Origin: Callorhinchus milii
Lineage: Eukaryota
DNA: 64,000 nt
Direction of reading: 5' to 3'
Assembly: GCF_018977255.1 (NCBI RefSeq)
Contig: NW_024704742.1
Span: 100,690,001 to 100,754,000, forward strand
The position numbers and the translations under genes were made by a program. Shown in pieces: positions 53,130 to 64,000 of this stretch (position 1 is its first letter; each line of letters opens with the position of its first letter). Below the pieces are notes generated by a model. That model did not search any database and was not told where the DNA came from. It saw nothing but the letters and a program-made list of their open reading frames with translations.

Positions 53130-53365
53130 GAGGAACATAGGAACAAGAGTAGGCCAGTTAGCCCCTCGAGCCTGTTCCCCCATTCTATTAGATTATGGCT
53201 GATCTGTACCTCAACTCCAATTATCCGCCTTTGCCTCATATTCCTTGATACTCTTACCTAAGAAAAATCTATCCACATCAGTCTTGAAAATGTGAATGGA
53301 TCCAGCATCCACAGCCTTTTGGGGAAGAGAGTTCCAGATTTCCACTACTCTTTGGGTGAAACAAT
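53130..53365 (-). mobile_element. CR1 3' end
   Basis: ggaacataggaacaagagtaggcc...gagttccagatttccactactct, homologous to the other CR1 tails. Confidence 0.85.
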
Positions 53366-53431
53366 GCTATGTGTTGGGATTCTTCCTGCTTGGCTCCCAT
53401 TAACCCTAGAAGTTAACTTTGCAATTGCAAA

Positions 53432-53680
53432 CTGTGTAGTTTAAACTCCAGCAATACCATACTCTGAGGTCCCAAAGCTTTGTCTTTTACCAACCTGCAG
53501 CTAAACGTTCCAGGATTAGGTAAGCAGGGTGATTCTCTCCAGGGAGAGAGTGCACAATTCCATACAAGAGAAATAAAGTCCATTCATATGTGAAGCTCTC
53601 AGTAATTCGGTTTGAAGACTGTTTATTGTGGTGATGGGTTTCTATGTGTGTCAGACTCTCGGCTAACCAAGCAAAAGCTA
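53432..53680 (+). repeat. Unclassified interspersed repeat, copy 3 (3' part)
   Basis: attaggtaagcag...ctccagggagagagtg...tgtgtcagac..cggct.acca shared with 310-490. Confidence 0.78.
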
Positions 53681-53774
53681 AATACATCACACTTCTAACA
53701 GATAATATGACTGAATGTTACACCCAGCGTCTCTTTTTTCTTACCAAAACACTGCCAGAGACCTTTTCACAAAG

Positions 53775-54065
53775 ATTTGATTGGGGTATTTAAAATAATG
53801 AAAGAGGGATCCATTCCGAGGGACACGGCTTTCAAATCAGAGCCAAGACAGTTAGAACTGAGGTCAGGAAACACTTCTTCACACACAGAAACACTGTCTC
53901 AGAAAGCTATAAAGGCAGAATCAATATTGATGATTAAAAGAGAGATAGATATTTGGGTGATAGACAGAGGATTGGGATTAAGCGATCTGCCAAGAGCTAA
54001 TAAATTGGTGGAACAGGCTGGATGGGCTGAATGTCCTCTTCTTGTTCCTAGTTATTTCCTATGTT
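53775..54065 (+). mobile_element. Old CR1 3' end
   Basis: DLIGVFKIMK-like start and a ggtggaacaggctggatgggctgaatg...ttcctatg tail. Confidence 0.7.
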
Positions 54066-54519
54066 TACCCTTTAAACACTTTTTCACATACAGTACTGCA
54101 TATCTTACATCAGAAACATTTATTGTCAGTTAATCTCTAAGGCAGATGACATTTCTGTACAATAAAATGACAGTAGAGATCTATCTTTTGTTAAGAAGGC
54201 ATTAAAAATACTGTTAATCGCCATAAAGCAAATAATACAACTTTTTTGTTTACAATAATCAATATCATCTACTCACAATAGTTGGTAAATTTTTCCAAAA
54301 CAGTTGCACTGTTGATCACCAAGACATGGGTTCCTTTTCCTTCAAAAGTAAGGTATTCAAATTAATCTTTACATCAAATTAACACCGTTTGTCCTTTTTA
54401 TATCAATTTTTTAAAAAAGAGTTACTGCACAATCCTGACAACACGTTGAATTCTTTTCTTTTTTCAATCGATCTGACCACTGCCACTTCAGTCCTTCACC
54501 CACCGAAGCCAGTGCTTAC

Positions 54520-54656
54520 TGTGTTGCTGCAGAAGCACTTTTGCAGAGCGTGTAACTAGCAATGTGTAGAGTGTGAAGTGTATTGTGTGGCGCTTCAAGA
54601 TAGAAGTTTGCCTTCCCAACACGGCTGGATCGCCCTGACCTGGGTCGCTTGGTTAC
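54520..54656 (-). other. Probable non-coding first exon (5' UTR) of the minus-strand gene; 5' boundary approximate
   Basis: Donor ACA|GTAAGC at 54519; local CpG cluster; no ATG; splicing to 52870 gives ACA-ATG (A at -3) with an in-frame TAG 13 codons upstream (54556-54558). Confidence 0.55.
54644..54656. promoter_or_regulatory. RFX X-box-like motif GTAACC-A-AGCGAC
   Basis: GTCGCTTGGTTAC on the + strand has two inverted RFX-type half-sites and lies in the CpG-richer patch at the putative 5' end of the gene. Confidence 0.45.
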
Positions 54657-55708
54657 CAGTAAGCAGAATGCAGTGAGATGCTTCTCTCCCCTGCATTGAT
54701 TCCTGGTGTAATGTGAATCGAAGCGTGAGAAGGACAAGAGAGAGAGAGAGAAAACACACACACACAAATCAACCTGCAACAAACTCCTGTTAGAAACAAT
54801 CAGCCACACACAGGTTACAAAGTCCTGTAGCAGTGGTCACTTCACACATAACAACAGCCTTGATACAAAACCTCAAGAATGGCTTTTGCCAAGTCCCTTG
54901 TGTTTGGTTTTTTGTGCTTCTTTCGCAGGTGTTATTTAACAGGCAAGCTTGTGCCAGGTTGTTATCTATTCAGTTTATTGGCTTAGTAGTTTGTAGGCAA
55001 ACTTGTCCCACACCAAAGACCCATAGAAACGTTACAAAATTCTTGCACAAAGTGAAATAAAAATTTGCGTTTATCAAAACATCAGGTTGTCCCAGGTTAG
55101 AGTTGGTAGCAAATTAGCCTGCAGCAAACTCATGTTAGAAACAATGAGTCACACAAGGCTTCACAGGCCTGTAACTGTGGTCACTGAACACAAAACAATA
55201 GCCGGCTTCAAAAGCCCAAGAATTAGTAGCTGTGTTGTGGGCTTTCATGCTTATTCTGTTTAACAGGCACATTTATTCTAGCTTGTTATTTATTTAGTTC
55301 ATTGGTTCTCATTGGATCTTATATTTCATAGCACACTTGCTTCCAGACAATGTACAGTGAGTACTGAGAAATGCCCACTCTCCCACCAGCCTTTGCACAA
55401 ATGTTTGCGACTAGTTTGTCTTCAATGTCGTTATTAAGTTGAAGAGTTAAGTTTTTTTAAAAACTGACACCACCTCGTTATGCGGCTGGAGGAGAGGTGT
55501 CTGGCAGCACAGTATTGGTCACCGTTTCTGATCAATGTATTGATTCAGTCTTCTGCTGCTAAAGATGGGGACTTAACTGTGGAGTGACACATTCAGGAAA
55601 AAAAACTATAATTTCTCATGACACCTAACACTGTTGGTAGAGAGACAGAAGTTTCAGGTGTAGAGCTACAGCTGTATTTTCTCATGATCCAGTAATACAC
55701 ACATATTT

Positions 55709-55787
55709 CCTCCATACCCTCACCCCCTCCAGCCTACACTCACCCCCTCCATACCCTCACCTCCTCCAGCCTACACTCACCTCCTCC
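55709..55787. repeat. Tandem duplication of a ~36-bp C-rich unit
   Basis: cctccataccctcacc(c/t)cctccagcctacactcacc occurs twice. Confidence 0.85.
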
Positions 55788-55789
55788 TT

Positions 55790-57150
55790 CCAAACTTTTG
55801 TCCTTGTTTCTCCTGCTTCTCACCCTCCCTCATCTCTTGCATAAAACTTACTACCTGCTGTCAGCTTCCCCTCTTCATGACCCAGCTAGCCAATATCAGC
55901 AACCTCTCTCTCGTCACTGGCACAGCACCTCCACTGGCACAGTACCCTCTTCCTCCCCTTTCAAACCTGCCATCATCACCACCCTCCTCAAGAAACCCTC
56001 ACTGTACCCTTTCATAATCTTCAGCTAACAGTCTTTCTTCAACCTTTCTCTCCAAGATGCTGGAAGGAACCGTTGCCTCCGAGCTTTGCTCCTTCCTCTC
56101 CTATCATTCCCTTCTGAGCGTTTTCAATCTAATTTATTCCCCCAAGACTAACCTGGTCAAAGTGATCAATTATATTCTCTCCATCTGCAACTTGGGCTCT
56201 CAGTGCCACCAAGCAGAGATCCCACCAGAGCAAGCTGGGAACAGAGTGATACCTCTACACAGGAATTTGGAGAGAGTGGGAATTGAGTGGGCTGGGGACA
56301 GAATGATACCTCTCAAACAGGAATTTGGAGAGAATGGGAAATTCTGTGCAGAGGGGAAAGGAGGTGCAGTATAGAAACCTTTCACATCAGGATGACTGGG
56401 CATCCTCTGCTGTGCTCATCGCGACACATTTCAACTGCTCCATTGCCCACTCTCTCCGTAAGAACCTCTCCTACCTCCAGAAGGCAAACCCCCTTCTTTC
56501 AACCACATCTGCATCCTTCCCAACTCTCCTCCATCCTCATGACCCACGGTCATTTCCCACCATAATCTACAACCCCCCCCACCCAAACTTCTCAGCCCCT
56601 CCACCCTCTCCCATTAGCTCTCATCTCCCAAACCTCCCTTGGTCTATAACCCTACTCCTCTGGCTGTTTCCCCTTACTTGAACACCTCAGCCTGCACCAA
56701 CCCTCCTCCCTCAAAATTCCTTGTCTACTGCCCCCAAACCTCCTGCTCCTTCCTCAATAATATCTCCTGACTCCTCTCATCCCTGTTCCTCTGCACTGAG
56801 CGCCTGTTTCATCATGGGTGAATTCAACATTCACCTCAACTCCTCCTGTCCCAATTCCTCCTGCCCCATCTCCTCTGACTTTACTGCCCTCCTATCCACC
56901 CTAAACCTCAAGGTATAGTTGTTGTTGTTCTCCGTGATTTATTTGGCGCCCTGAACACAGTGGATTACTACATCCTTCTCTGCCCCCTCTTCTCTCTGCT
57001 TCACCACCTTTCTCTCTCCCTTCCTGGTTTTACTTCAACCTATCCCAGACTTTGTCTCTTCCAAGATAGATCTTAAGATGGGCTTTAAAACTGAGGAGAG
57101 AATGGGTGAGGTGGAGGGACTCTAGGATTAAGTTTCAGAGAGATTGTTTT
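55790..57150 (+). mobile_element. Rearranged L2 ORF2 fragments (RT-proximal and endonuclease-like pieces)
   Basis: PSSSPFKPAIITTLLKKPSL, IMGEFNIHLN and IIYNPPH motifs; pyrimidine-rich + strand. Confidence 0.7.
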
Positions 57151-60100
57151 AAATCTCGGGATGTTCATCCCAATCTTTGATTATACAATTAATTTTAGGA
57201 TCTGTCTGTCTTCACTGTCACTATTTCAGAGAAAGTTGGGAGTCTTGCTTATTGTTGCCACCAAATCCATGTTGACCTGCTGCCCCACCCAAACTCAAAT
57301 GTGGCTGCTCATTTCACCATCGTTTATGGGACTTTGTTAATGCAGATTAGCTTCTACGTTCACTTCATTTTTGATTAATTAGATTTTGCAAAACACTTTG
57401 AGGCATTTATTTTTACATGTAAAGTGCGCTAAAAATGGAAGTTGTAATTTTTAATTAATGTTATAATAGAATACAATACAAATTTCCTAACAACTAACTA
57501 CTTTTATTTACTTTTAGTTTAAATCTTTCCGATAATATGAGCTAGCCTTAGGTTTTATGATATGTTTGACAATATGAGAAGTTGAAGATAAAGCTATTCT
57601 TGGACCTATATTATAAATATAAAACACTATTTATAAACACATGTAAGTGTTCAGAATGTAGTGGAAACAGATGTACAAGTACAGTTCCCATCGGGTGGTG
57701 GGTATGGCTATAAAATATAAGAAATAAAAGAAAAACAATGTCTTAACATGCATACTATTTTAATCCAAGTTGATTAAGGTGTAGTATACAAAAATTCAAA
57801 TTCTGCAAATTTTCTGAACAACTGAATAGTGATGATCTAGTCTGCATACTTACAGTGGGTTAAAATATATTCACAGAACAATTTACTTCAACTATTTTAT
57901 AGGTAATAGAGTTTAAACTGCAGCAATTCTGAACAGATGTCTTAATTAACAAATTTCTAAAATGTGGAATGTACTGAATAATGCATTTTTGCACATTTAA
58001 TGTTTAAGAAATATGTTAAGAAATACTAAAATAAAACCCAATGACAAAAAGTACAGGATCTTTGTGTGATTACAATGACTGAAATTGAAAGTACTGAAAA
58101 GTACTGTTCACTTGAGAGAATGAGACCTTTCAAATAATACAGTATTTTACAGATGAGTTATAGGAGGAAAACAATCCTTTACATCAATATAACAGTTTGT
58201 ACACCAGGGAGACTGGAGATCTAGGAACAAGGCAATATGTTTCAGTGCAACACTATAAGTTACTTCTACAGCTGTAATTTCTCATGATCCAGTGGTACAC
58301 ACAAAGAAAATGAGATCAGCTGTTTGTCAAACTACTTGTTAATTAATCATTCATACAACATAAACAGCTAGGAAGTGTTTCATAAAAATATGTGCGTCCC
58401 CATCCACTTTAAAAAGTTTTTAAAAGGCAAAAACTGCGAACCAAACAAATGCTAACTACAGCTGTATAATCATCAGCACAGACTGCAAATTCCAGAAGTT
58501 GACTGTACTGCAGCCAAACCAAACATCAACCAACAGTATTGCTAACAGTTGCAGATAATGTGAACTGAGGTTAACCTTTCGTTGCCCAATGAAAATTAAA
58601 GAACATGTTACCTCGAGCTCAGAGCAGTGCTTTTGATTCTAAATTTATAAAATTGTATTGAATATATGGAAATTGGTGTAAAGGAACTAGTGTAATAGAA
58701 TAAATTTAAATAAAACCAAGGGTAACAGTTCCAGTTGAAGAAAAAAAAAGGTGGTTTAATGAATTACTTGGAGGTTTTCAGCTCAGAGGTACAAGATTGG
58801 TTTGGATGAACGAGGACCTTCGGCCTATCCTACCATCCCCAATCACAGCATCAAAAGGCTTTTTGAATGAGTCCAGTGTCCTGGCCCCTACCACCTTTCC
58901 TGACAATAATGTGTTTTGAATGTAGCCCAGGCTAACCCATGAAAAGTCCTCTTTGTCCATTGGATTTAAAGTAAGTTTGTGCAGCCTGCCATTTAGCCTA
59001 AGCTGCCATTATTCACCTCAATGTACATTCTCACTCAAAAGCTAATTGGATATAGTTATGTTGAATTGAAAAAAATACTCGTGCAATAGAAGTGCTCTTC
59101 TGAGGTTGGGGATATTGTTGGACACTGGAATCTTGCTATACCTCATCTGGAAGAGTTGATGCAGACACTAAGTGCCAGGTGAGTCATTCGTTCCACATTT
59201 TGACTGTTTCTATTTCCAAAACAATGACGATTGGAGATGCAATATCAATCATAATAATAATCATAATAATTCTTGCATTTGATACAGAACCTTTCGCATT
59301 TGGAGGACGTCTGTAAACGTTTCAAAGGATTTACTGTAAAGTGTAATGACTGTATTTTGTAGGAAAACACAGCAGCCAATTTGAACAGTGATGAGAACCA
59401 CTAAACCCTGAATCATCTGATCATTTTGATTGGTACTTTCTTAGCCAATATACTTGTTAAGAAGGGCAACTTTATTAATTAAAATGCTAAGAATTAAAAG
59501 CTAACTAAATTATCTGGCAAGCTACTACTTCATAAATTATTGAATAGTTATCTCCCAGCTGAGTATTACTTGTGGAGAAAAATCTGTTATCTTTTCATTT
59601 ATTGCTAAATCAGTCTTCACTTCAGAGGTCCATAGGTGTCTCGTTTTACTACTACACGTTTGTAAGCTTCTAAAATTATTGATTATATTGCTGCAATTGT
59701 GATGCTATATTTATCGAATAGGAGATGTACGAATCAAACTTGAACAGATCATGTCATTAAAAAACTATGTTGAAAGTTATGAGGTTTTATCCCTAACTCA
59801 GAAACCAGCACAGAAAGGCATTGCTATGTTGGATATATTGTTCTCTCGATACGCATAAAGTGAAGATCCACCTTGGCACATTTGTAAAATGAATCAACAA
59901 AATGATAAATTAAGAGACAATTTTAAGAAGTAATTGGCCCCTAATTCAAATTCAAGAAATCAGTAATTCACAATTCTAATGTTGATACTTAGTTCCCTTG
60001 TTTCTCAAAAATTGCTTTTTTCTGTATGTTGAACAACAGAATCTGTAACTCTGATTGTAAGCAGGGAATACTCATTTGTATATAAAAAATGGTGAATGAG

Positions 60101-60540
60101 AAAGAATCTTATTATGTGGAAATTTACTAACTTTATTAACGGTAGATCTATACCAATTATTTGCAAAACTGATCTAATGAGATCCTTTCACACGTTTGCA
60201 ATTCTTCCCCTTTTTTTGTTCAGATAAAGTCTTTGGAAAGGTGCTGCAAGCTGTTCTCAGGCCTCTTCCAATTCTGCTCTGAATCAGCAAAAAGAGGAGC
60301 ACAAAGAGCAGCTCCCTCAGATTTTCCGTGTTTCTAGGAAGTGTTTGACCATATGCCAACTCCCCATGTGCAATTTCAGCATAAAATTGTCCAAGCTGAC
60401 AAAATGGCAATTCGATTTTATGCAATAAGGTCAAAATTAAAACATTATAAAATATTCTTTGCCCATTGCAGATCAGAGCAATTGGAATACATGGAGCAAT
60501 ACAGAACATGAACGATTCCTGTTCTGAGCTACACAGTTCT

Positions 60541-60856
60541 GTAGTCCTGTAGCTCAGTGGTTAGAGCACTCGCCTCGCAAGCGAGAGACCTGGGTTCAAT
60601 TCCCGGCAGGGCAACGTTGGGCAAATTTCCTTACTCCAGATGCCTGTTTACCCAGCAGTAAGTAGAAACCCGGTTGTTAGCCGATTGGCGGATCGCTTTT
60701 CCGGGGGTAATAATTCCTTCAAAAAAAATAATAATAATAAATTGGTTTTGCCCACAAAATATATAGTCAATTCACATTACAATATATTCTGTGAAGCGTT
60801 TCAGACGTTTCGAAGACGTGATCAAGCGCTACATCAAATGCAAGGAATATTATTAT
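60541..60856 (+). mobile_element. Young tRNA SINE, long subfamily
   Basis: A and B box head, the ccggttgttagccgattggcggatcgc segment and the shared tail. Confidence 0.92.
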
Positions 60857-60929
60857 CCCATTCCATTCAGGGTAGAATTGACTTCTGTATGCACACCCGA
60901 GAGTTCTTGCTTCAAAAATAACCCAAGTG

Positions 60930-63085
60930 GGTTTACATGGAATATACAGCACAGAAACAGACCATTCGGCCCAACTGGTCTATGCTGGCATTTATGTTCC
61001 ACATGAGCCTCCTCCTGATCTTCTTCAACTAAGCCTATCAGCGTAACCTTCTATTCCTTTCTCCCTCATGTACCCATCTAACTTTCCCTTACATGCATCT
61101 ATGCTATTTGCCTCAACAACTCCTTGTTGTAGCAAGTTCCACATTTCTATCACTCTCTGGGTAAATAAGTTTCTTCTGACTTCCCTATTTGATTTATTGG
61201 TGACTATTTTATATTGATGGCCCCTGATTTTGGTCTCCCCCATAAATGGAAACATGTCCACCCTATCAAAATCTTTCATTATTTTAAAGACCTCTAATAG
61301 GTCACTGTTCTCTTTTCAAGAGAAAGGAGTCCACGTTTGTTCAGCCTTTCCTGATAGGTATAACCTTGCAATTCTGGTATCATCCTTGTAAATCTCCTTT
61401 GCGCCTTCTCCAGTGCCTCTATATCCTTTCTATAATATGGGGACCATAACTGGAGTCCTGTAGCTCAGTGGTTAGAGCACTCGCCTCGTAAGTGAGACAC
61501 CTGGATTCGATTCCCAGCAGGGCAAAACCTTGGGCAAGTTTCCTTACTCCACACGCCTGATAATAATCCCTGAATAGTCAATTCACTTTACAGTATTTTC
61601 TGTGCAGTGCTTTGAGATGTCTCGAAGATGTGAAAAGCACTGTATCAAATGCAAGGATTATTATTATTATAACTGTACACAGTAGTCCAAGTGTGGTCTA
61701 ACCAAGGTTCGATATAAGTTTAGCGTAACTTCCCTGATTTTCTTTTCTATCCCTCTAGAAATGAACCCCAACGCTTGGTTTGCTTTTTTATGACCTTATT
61801 AACCTGCGTCGCCCTTTGATCCTCTGGCCCATTTATATTCTTATTTTCCAGGCAGTATGTGACCTCCTTATTCCTCCGACCGAAACATACCACCTCACAT
61901 TTATCTATATTGAAATTCATTTGGCAATTAAATGCCCATTCAGCAAGTTTATTAATGTCTTCTTGTAATTTGTTGGAGTCCTCCTCAGTATTAATTACCC
62001 CCCCATCAATTTAGTGTTGTCTGCAAATTTTGAAATTGTACTTTTGATTCCCAAGTCCAAATTGTTAAGGTATATTGTGAACAACAGTGGTCCAAATACC
62101 GATCCTTGTGAACACCACTGCCCACCCCCTGCCATTCTGAGTAGCTACCCCTTCACCCCAACTGTTTTCTGTCTTGTAGCCAACTTGCTATCCATTCTGC
62201 TACTTTTCCCCTGACTCCACATGCTCTGACCTTATTCATCAGTTTATTATGTGGTATCTTATTGAACACCTTTTGGAAATCCAAATATATTACATCTACT
62301 GTTTAATTGCTTGTCTACTCTTCCTGTTACCTCTTCAAAGAATTCAATGAGGTTGGTCAAGCATGACCTTCCTTTTTGAAATCCATGCTGACTATTCTTT
62401 ATTATATTTTTGATTTCTAAATGTTTTTCTATTACCTCTTTCAGTAAAGATTCCATTATCTTTCCTACCACCGATGTTAAGGTGATAGGTCTATCGTTCC
62501 CTGGCCTTGTTCTATCTCCCTTTTTAAATATAGGTATAATATTAGCTATCCTCCAGTTCTCTGGCACTATTCCCTTTTCTAATGAACTATTATATACATG
62601 TGCATATTATATATTACTATATATATGTATATATGATTGCCTCTGCTATCCCTTCCCTAGATTCTTTTAATAATCGAAGATGCAACCCACCTGGACAAGG
62701 GGCTTTGTCCTCCCTGAGTTTGGTTAGTTCATCGATTATCTCCCCCCTTTTTATCTTAATTGTATTTATATCATTTTTAATCCTTTCTTCTACTGTCATG
62801 TCCACCTGATCTGTCTCCCTGGTAAATACTGAGGCAAAGTAATTATTCAATATTTCTGCCATTTCGCTGTTGCTGCCTGTGAGCTTATCTTATCCATCCC
62901 TTAGTGGTCCTTGTCCTATTTTGATTTTTCTTTTGTTTTTTTACGTCTGTAGAATATTTTACTATTTCTTTTTATTTTCCTCGATAATTTAATTTCATAG
63001 TTCCTCTTTGCCTTTCTAATTGTTTTTTTGACTTCTTTCCTAACCTCTTCGTATTCTTTTTTGTTACGCTCTTAATTAAAGATGT
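60930..63085 (-). mobile_element. CR1-clade LINE ORF2 3' part and 3' UTR, degenerate, interrupted by a SINE
   Basis: ORFs 62617..62862, 62259..62567 (WRIANIIPIFKKG, SQHGFQKGRSCLTNL) and 61025..61279 (FTQRVIEMWNLL). Confidence 0.95.
61453..61670 (+). mobile_element. tRNA SINE inserted in CR1 with a 7-bp TSD
   Basis: ataactg flanks both ends (61446-61452 and 61669-61675). Confidence 0.92.
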
Positions 63086-63089
63086 CGTT

Positions 63090-64000
63090 ATGGGATTCCT
63101 GGAAGACCATAACAAGATTAGGCAGAGTCAACATGGCTTTACAAAAGGGAAGTCATGATTAACTAATCTTTTAGAGTTTTTTGAAGATGTATCTAGCAGG
63201 TTAGATAGGGGGGAACCAGTAGATGTAGTATATTTAGATTTTAAAAAGGCATTTGATAAAGTGCCACACAAAAGGCTATTGCACAAGGTTAAGGCCCACG
63301 GAATTAATGGGAACATATTAGCATGGATTGAAGAGTGGCTAACAGGCAGAAAACAGAGAGTAGTCATTCTCGAATTGGCAGGATGTGACTAGTGGAGTGC
63401 CACAAGGATCAGTGCTTGGGCCTCAGCTATTTACAATTTACATCAATGATATAAACGAGGACATTGAATGTAACGTATCTAAATTCGCGGATGACACCAC
63501 ACTAGGTGGGAGAGTAAGCTCTGAGGATGATGCAAAAAGATTGCAACGGGATATAGATAGGCTCGGGGAGTGGGCGAGTAGGTGGCAGATGGAATTTAAT
63601 GTGGGGAAGTGTGAAGTTATTCATCTAGGTAGAAAAAATAGAAAAACAGATTATTTTCTAGAGGGGGAGAGATTAGATAGTGTTAGTGTTCAGAGGGATT
63701 TGGGTGTCCTTGTACACCAGTCTCAAAAAGTTAGTTTGTAGAGGCAGCAAGCAACTAAGAAGACGAACGGCATGTTAACATTCATTGCAAAACGTTTAGA
63801 GTACAAGAGTAGGGAAAACTTGCTGCAACTGGATAGGGCTTTGGTGAGACCGCACCTGGAGTATTGTGTGCAGTTTTGTTCTCCTTATTTAAAAAAGGAC
63901 ATACTTGCCCTAGAGGGGGTGCAGCGTAGACTCACTCGGTTAGTTCCTGGGATGAGGGGACTGACCTATGAGGATAGGCTGAATAAACTAAGGCTGTATT
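63090..64000 (+). mobile_element. CR1-clade LINE, 5'-truncated, RT region, inactivated; runs off the window
   Basis: SQHGF, YLDFKKAFDKVPH, SGVPQGSVLGP and KFADDT motifs; stops near 63154 and 63739 and a small deletion near 63365. Confidence 0.95.

Noticed and set aside
54516..54809. 97-aa ORF as a coding first exon
   Set aside because: It includes microsatellite sequence, and its frame would leave the donor in phase 2, out of frame with the next exon.

Overview
This is AT-rich, repeat-dense vertebrate genomic DNA. The SINE, CR1, L2 and Penelope-type repeat content suggests a cartilaginous fish, probably a holocephalan such as Callorhinchus (inference). The main feature is the 5' part of one multi-exon protein-coding gene on the minus strand: a probable non-coding first exon (~54520-54650, with an RFX X-box-like motif) and 10 phase-compatible GT-AG coding exons from 52870 down to 15814. 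They give ~360 aa of acidic coiled-coil protein whose N-terminus resembles, from memory, the FAM186A/B N-terminal region; no stop codon is reached. The introns and flanks hold two tRNA-derived SINE families sharing a 3' tail, CR1 and L2 LINE fragments with nested insertions, Penelope-type termini with a hammerhead-like core (one pair forms a ~185-bp hairpin inside a 474-nt intron), a 38-nt U2 snRNA 5' fragment inserted in an L2, several fold-back/MITE-like elements, an unclassified repeat family, a 39-bp minisatellite and local duplications. Most ORFs in the supplied track are repeat-derived or spurious. I see no firm evidence for a wholly new biological system; the best leads are ranked under findings. 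Repeat boundaries are approximate and family names come from recall, not from a database search.
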